A DNA stretch of 64,000 nt. Origin: Pseudomonadales bacterium (GTDB lineage Bacteria; Pseudomonadota; Gammaproteobacteria; Pseudomonadales; Pseudohongiellaceae). Where the stretch lies: NCBI GenBank assembly GCA_024234325.1, contig JACKOJ010000008.1, forward strand, positions 35,618 through 99,617. The letters run 5' to 3'. A program made the translations under genes and the position numbers. Numbering within the stretch: the stretch's first letter is position 1; every line of letters begins with the position of its first letter. This document shows, piece by piece, positions 60,898-64,000 of this stretch. The notes below the pieces were generated by a model. It was not told the origin of the DNA, did no database searches, and saw nothing but the letters and a program-made list of their open reading frames with translations.

Positions 60898-62673
60898 TTA
60901 CTCCGCCTTCGGGAAGGGAGGCAGTGTGCCGACCCCGGCACGGATACCGGCGGCCAGCGCCAGTGTGCGCGGCAGCAGTCGTTCAAAATAGAAACGTGCG
61001 GTGTTGAGTTTGCCCTGGTAGAAGTCACGGTCAGCCGTTTCCCCTGCCAGTGCCTTGTCTGCCACCACGGCCGCCTGTGCCCAGATCCATGCCAGCACGG
61101 TGTAGCCGGAATACATCAGGTATTCATAGGCGGCGGAATTCACCTCATCGGCATCCTGCATGGCCTTTGCGCCCAGTTCCCGTGTCAAAGCGATCCATTC
61201 CTGTATCTGTTTCTGCACAATCGGCGTGTAGGCGGATTCGGGGTTTTCCTGGCAGAAACCCAGCACGAGCTTCACGAAGGGTTCCAGCGCCTTGCCACCG
61301 CTGGCGAGAATCTTGCGGCCCAGCAGGTCCAGCCCCTGAATGCCCGAGGTGCCTTCGTAGATGGAGGTGATGCGTGCGTCACGGAAATGCTGCTCCTGAC
61401 CCCATTCGCGGATGTAACCGTGCCCGCCCAGAATCTGGATGCCGTAGCTGGTGGCCTCGATGCTGACTTCGGAGAGAAAGCCCTTGGCGATGGGGGTCAG
61501 CAGCGAGAGCAGGGCGTCTGCCTGTTCCTTGTCAGCAGCACTCTCACTGTAACGTTCGAGGTCTGTCTGCATGGCGAGGAAATAACTCAGGGCACGGCCC
61601 CCTTCAATGAAGGCCTTTTGCGTGAACAGCATGCGGCGGATATCCGGGTGCACGATGATCGGGTCTGCTGCCGCTTCCGGGTTCTCGCGCTTTGTGCCAC
61701 GGAACTGCACGCGTTCGTGTGCGTAGCGCAGCGCGTTCTGATGGCTGGCTTCCATCTGCGCCAGGCCTTGCTGTGCTACGCCCATGCGTGATTCATTGAT
61801 AAAGGTGAACATGGCACTCATGCCCTTGTGGGGCTCGCTGATGAGATAGCCCTTTGCACCATCGAAGTTGATGACGCAGGTGGCGTTGCCGTGAATGCCC
61901 ATCTTGTGTTCGATGGAGCCGCAGCGCACCTGATTGCGTTCGCCCACATTGCCCTGTGCGTCCACCATAAACTTGGGCACCAGAAACAGGGAGATGCCCT
62001 TGATGCCGGGGGGAGCATCCGGCAGACGTGCGAGCACGATGTGCACAATGTTTTCGGTGAGGTCGTGTTCACCGGAGGAGATGAAAATCTTGCTGCCGGA
62101 AATCGCGTACATGCCGTCTTCCACCGGCACAGCTTTCGTGCGCAGCAGGCCCAGGTCGGAACCGCAGTGAGCCTCTGTCAGGCACATGGTGGCCGACCAG
62201 GTGCCGGCTACCAGTTTGGGCAGATAACGTGCCTTGATGTCTTCACTGGCATGGGCATTGATGGTGTGAATGCCACCGAGGCTGAGGCCGGGATACATGG
62301 TCCAGGCATGGTTGGCGGTGGTGCAGATTTCCATGCAAAAACCCGCCAGAGATGCGGGCAGCCCCTGGCCCCCGAGTTCCACCGGCATGGCGAGGCTGGT
62401 CCAGCCATTGGCGATGTATTCCTGGTAGGCGTCCTTGAACCCCGGCGGAGTCGTGACCTCGCCATCCTGCCACTGGCAGCCGTGCTCGTCACCCACGGCA
62501 TCCAGGGGGGCCAGTACGTTCTCGGCGAACTGGGCGGCTCCGTCCAGAATGGCCTCGACGATATCCGGGCTTGCTTCCTGGCCCTGGGCAAAACGGGCGT
62601 AATGTGCCGGGAAATCGAGTACTTCCTCGATCTGGAATTTCATGTCGCGTAAGGGTGCCTGGTACTGAGACAT
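60898..62673 (-). CDS. Large acyl-CoA dehydrogenase (FadE-like, about 590 aa)
   Basis: MSQYQAPLRDMKF..., CLTEAHCGSDLG and ILGGHGYIREWG motifs. Start trimmed from the track's 62778. Confidence 0.88.
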   Translation of the reverse strand: MSQYQAPLRDMKFQIEEVLDFPAHYARFAQGQEASPDIVEAILDGAAQFAENVLAPLDAVGDEHGCQWQDGEVTTPPGFKDAYQEYIANGWTSLAMPVELGGQGLPASLAGFCMEICTTANHAWTMYPGLSLGGIHTINAHASEDIKARYLPKLVAGTWSATMCLTEAHCGSDLGLLRTKAVPVEDGMYAISGSKIFISSGEHDLTENIVHIVLARLPDAPPGIKGISLFLVPKFMVDAQGNVGERNQVRCGSIEHKMGIHGNATCVINFDGAKGYLISEPHKGMSAMFTFINESRMGVAQQGLAQMEASHQNALRYAHERVQFRGTKRENPEAAADPIIVHPDIRRMLFTQKAFIEGGRALSYFLAMQTDLERYSESAADKEQADALLSLLTPIAKGFLSEVSIEATSYGIQILGGHGYIREWGQEQHFRDARITSIYEGTSGIQGLDLLGRKILASGGKALEPFVKLVLGFCQENPESAYTPIVQKQIQEWIALTRELGAKAMQDADEVNSAAYEYLMYSGYTVLAWIWAQAAVVADKALAGETADRDFYQGKLNTARFYFERLLPRTLALAAGIRAGVGTLPPFPKAE

Positions 62674-62799
62674 CGGTGGAACTCTCCCTGGTAATAGTTC
62701 TGTGGCGCCTGCGCAAAGCCATGCTTTCACGCCTCTACAGGCACAGCATAGCATGTAAAAACTGTTCGTTTGCGTCACAGCAGCCGCGAATTAAATCTG

Positions 62800-62840
62800 T
62801 ATAATTGCCCGGTGTTTTCGGATTAGCCTGGCGCGCCAGG
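62800..62840 (+). promoter_or_regulatory. Extended -10 (TGTATAAT) plus a perfect 14-bp palindrome upstream of the TetR gene
   Basis: TATAAT at 62800-62805 is preceded by TG. CCTGGCGCGCCAGG lies at 62827-62840. No convincing -35. Confidence 0.25.
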
Positions 62841-62906
62841 AACAAGCAATCCGCAGTGGGTTGCAGGGAGTCAAGACAAGTGAGCAAATGGCCAGAAACC
62901 ATCAGT

Positions 62907-63590
62907 ATGGACGCTTTCCGGGAGACCTGGGTGCTGGAAGGGGAGCCGCTGTGGCAGCGCGTTTTTGAGACACACCGTGACAAAATGCAGATCAAAAGCC
63001 CGCAGGTTGCTCTCGGCAATCTGGAGAAAATTTTCAACAGTACCTTCCGCCTGGCCAACAGCAAGGGCTTTCAGGCCATGAGCCTGCGCGATCTGAGCCG
63101 TGAGACCGGCATCAGCATGGGCGGGCTCTACGCCTATATCGGCAGCAAGGACGATCTGGCTTCCGCCATCGAGGAAGTGCTGCGCAAGGCCATCGACGAT
63201 GTCATGTCCGATGAGGCTGTGCTCAGGCTCTCCCCGGTGAACCGTCTCAAGGCCATCCTCTACGGCGACATCTTCATGAACGAAATCATGCTGCCCTGGT
63301 ATTACTTCTGTTATCTGGAGGCCAAGGGGCTGTCCCGCGAACAGCGCGAGGCGGCGATGCGCATGGAACTAAAATTCGACGAACGTCTGCTGGACACCTT
63401 CAAGGCAGGGGTAGCTACAGGGCTGTTCAAGGCGGACCGCCTGGAGCTGCTGGCGGCCAACACCACGGCCATGCTGCAGCAATGGTATCTGAAGCGCTGG
63501 AAGTTCGGGCTGATGGGCGTGCGCACGGAAGAATACGCCGCCTATGTGTTCGACACGACCCTGCATAGCCTGCATTACCACGAGGCCTGA
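62907..63590 (+). CDS. TetR/AcrR-family transcriptional regulator
   Basis: HTH region FQAMSLRDLSRETGISMGGLYAYIGSKDDL. Divergent from the FadE-like gene. Start trimmed to MDAFRE. Confidence 0.8.
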   Translation: MDAFRETWVLEGEPLWQRVFETHRDKMQIKSPQVALGNLEKIFNSTFRLANSKGFQAMSLRDLSRETGISMGGLYAYIGSKDDLASAIEEVLRKAIDDVMSDEAVLRLSPVNRLKAILYGDIFMNEIMLPWYYFCYLEAKGLSREQREAAMRMELKFDERLLDTFKAGVATGLFKADRLELLAANTTAMLQQWYLKRWKFGLMGVRTEEYAAYVFDTTLHSLHYHEA

Positions 63591-63602
63591 TGCCGGAGTG
63601 CC

Positions 63603-64000
63603 TCAGGCGTTTTCCGGGTTGATGCCTACCTTGTCGGCATAAAAGGCCCGGATTTTCGGCATGTCTTCCTCCAGATTCCCGATGGGCTGGAAAAAGTCTG
63701 CCAGCCCCGCTTCCCTGCGCGAGGCGTCCACATAGCCCAGCACTATCGGCACCCCGGCATTGACGGCAATGTGGTAGAAACCGGTTTTCCACTCCTTCAC
63801 CTTGCTGCGCGTGCCCTCGGGGGGCACCAGCACCACCAGTTCCGGGTTGTCGCGGTACTGCTGCACCGTCTGTTCCACCAGGTTGCCTGCACGGCTGCGG
63901 TCCACCGGAATGCCCCCCAGCCATTTCATGAACCAGCCAACGGGGAAGGGGAACAGGCTGTTCTTGCCCATCCAGAACACCTGCAGGCGCAGTTTGAGCA
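63603..64000 (-). CDS. PlsC-family (lysophospholipid) acyltransferase, N-terminus beyond the window
   Basis: The PEGTR block and downstream conserved region are present. The frame stays open to nt 64000, and the H-x4-D block is expected upstream. Confidence 0.7.
   Translation of the reverse strand, partial: LKLRLQVFWMGKNSLFPFPVGWFMKWLGGIPVDRSRAGNLVEQTVQQYRDNPELVVLVPPEGTRSKVKEWKTGFYHIAVNAGVPIVLGYVDASRREAGLADFFQPIGNLEEDMPKIRAFYADKVGINPENA

Overview
This is a 64-kb, GC-rich chromosomal segment (roughly 60% GC by eye) that reads like gammaproteobacterial core genome. I count about 58 protein genes. I found no rRNA, tRNA, CRISPR array, transposase, integrase or phage genes. Recognisable housekeeping blocks are: modABC with a ModE-type Mo-box; ispB / rplU-rpmA-obg-proB / rpsT in Pseudomonas-like order; fabV; murJ; DAHP synthase; an aminotransferase-folD-gloA run; adhC; purU; ETF-QO; and several acyl-CoA dehydrogenase, ligase and CoA-transferase genes. 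Four items deserve a second look. (1) A 1885-aa single-polypeptide tandem UvrA with four ABC modules sits behind a perfect CTGT-N8-ACAG LexA box. (2) A TonB-dependent receptor operon continues into an amicyanin-like cupredoxin (H...C-x2-H-x2-M), a DUF3034-like outer-membrane protein and a lipoprotein-type group-1 truncated haemoglobin with an apolar distal pocket. (3) A three-gene exported module encodes an HExxH-degenerate helical-repeat protein, an orphan protein and a transglutaminase-like TPR lipoprotein. (4) Two inverted hairpin elements of about 110-120 nt lie between murJ and the DAHP synthase gene; they share a conserved core, have unrelated self-complementary arms, and show one compensatory base-pair change. 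Many long ORFs in the supplied track are antisense shadows of real genes and were rejected. Several track ORFs were trimmed to internal starts supported by signal peptides, RBS-like purine runs or upstream terminators. All family assignments come from by-eye motif recognition and remembered family knowledge, not database searches.
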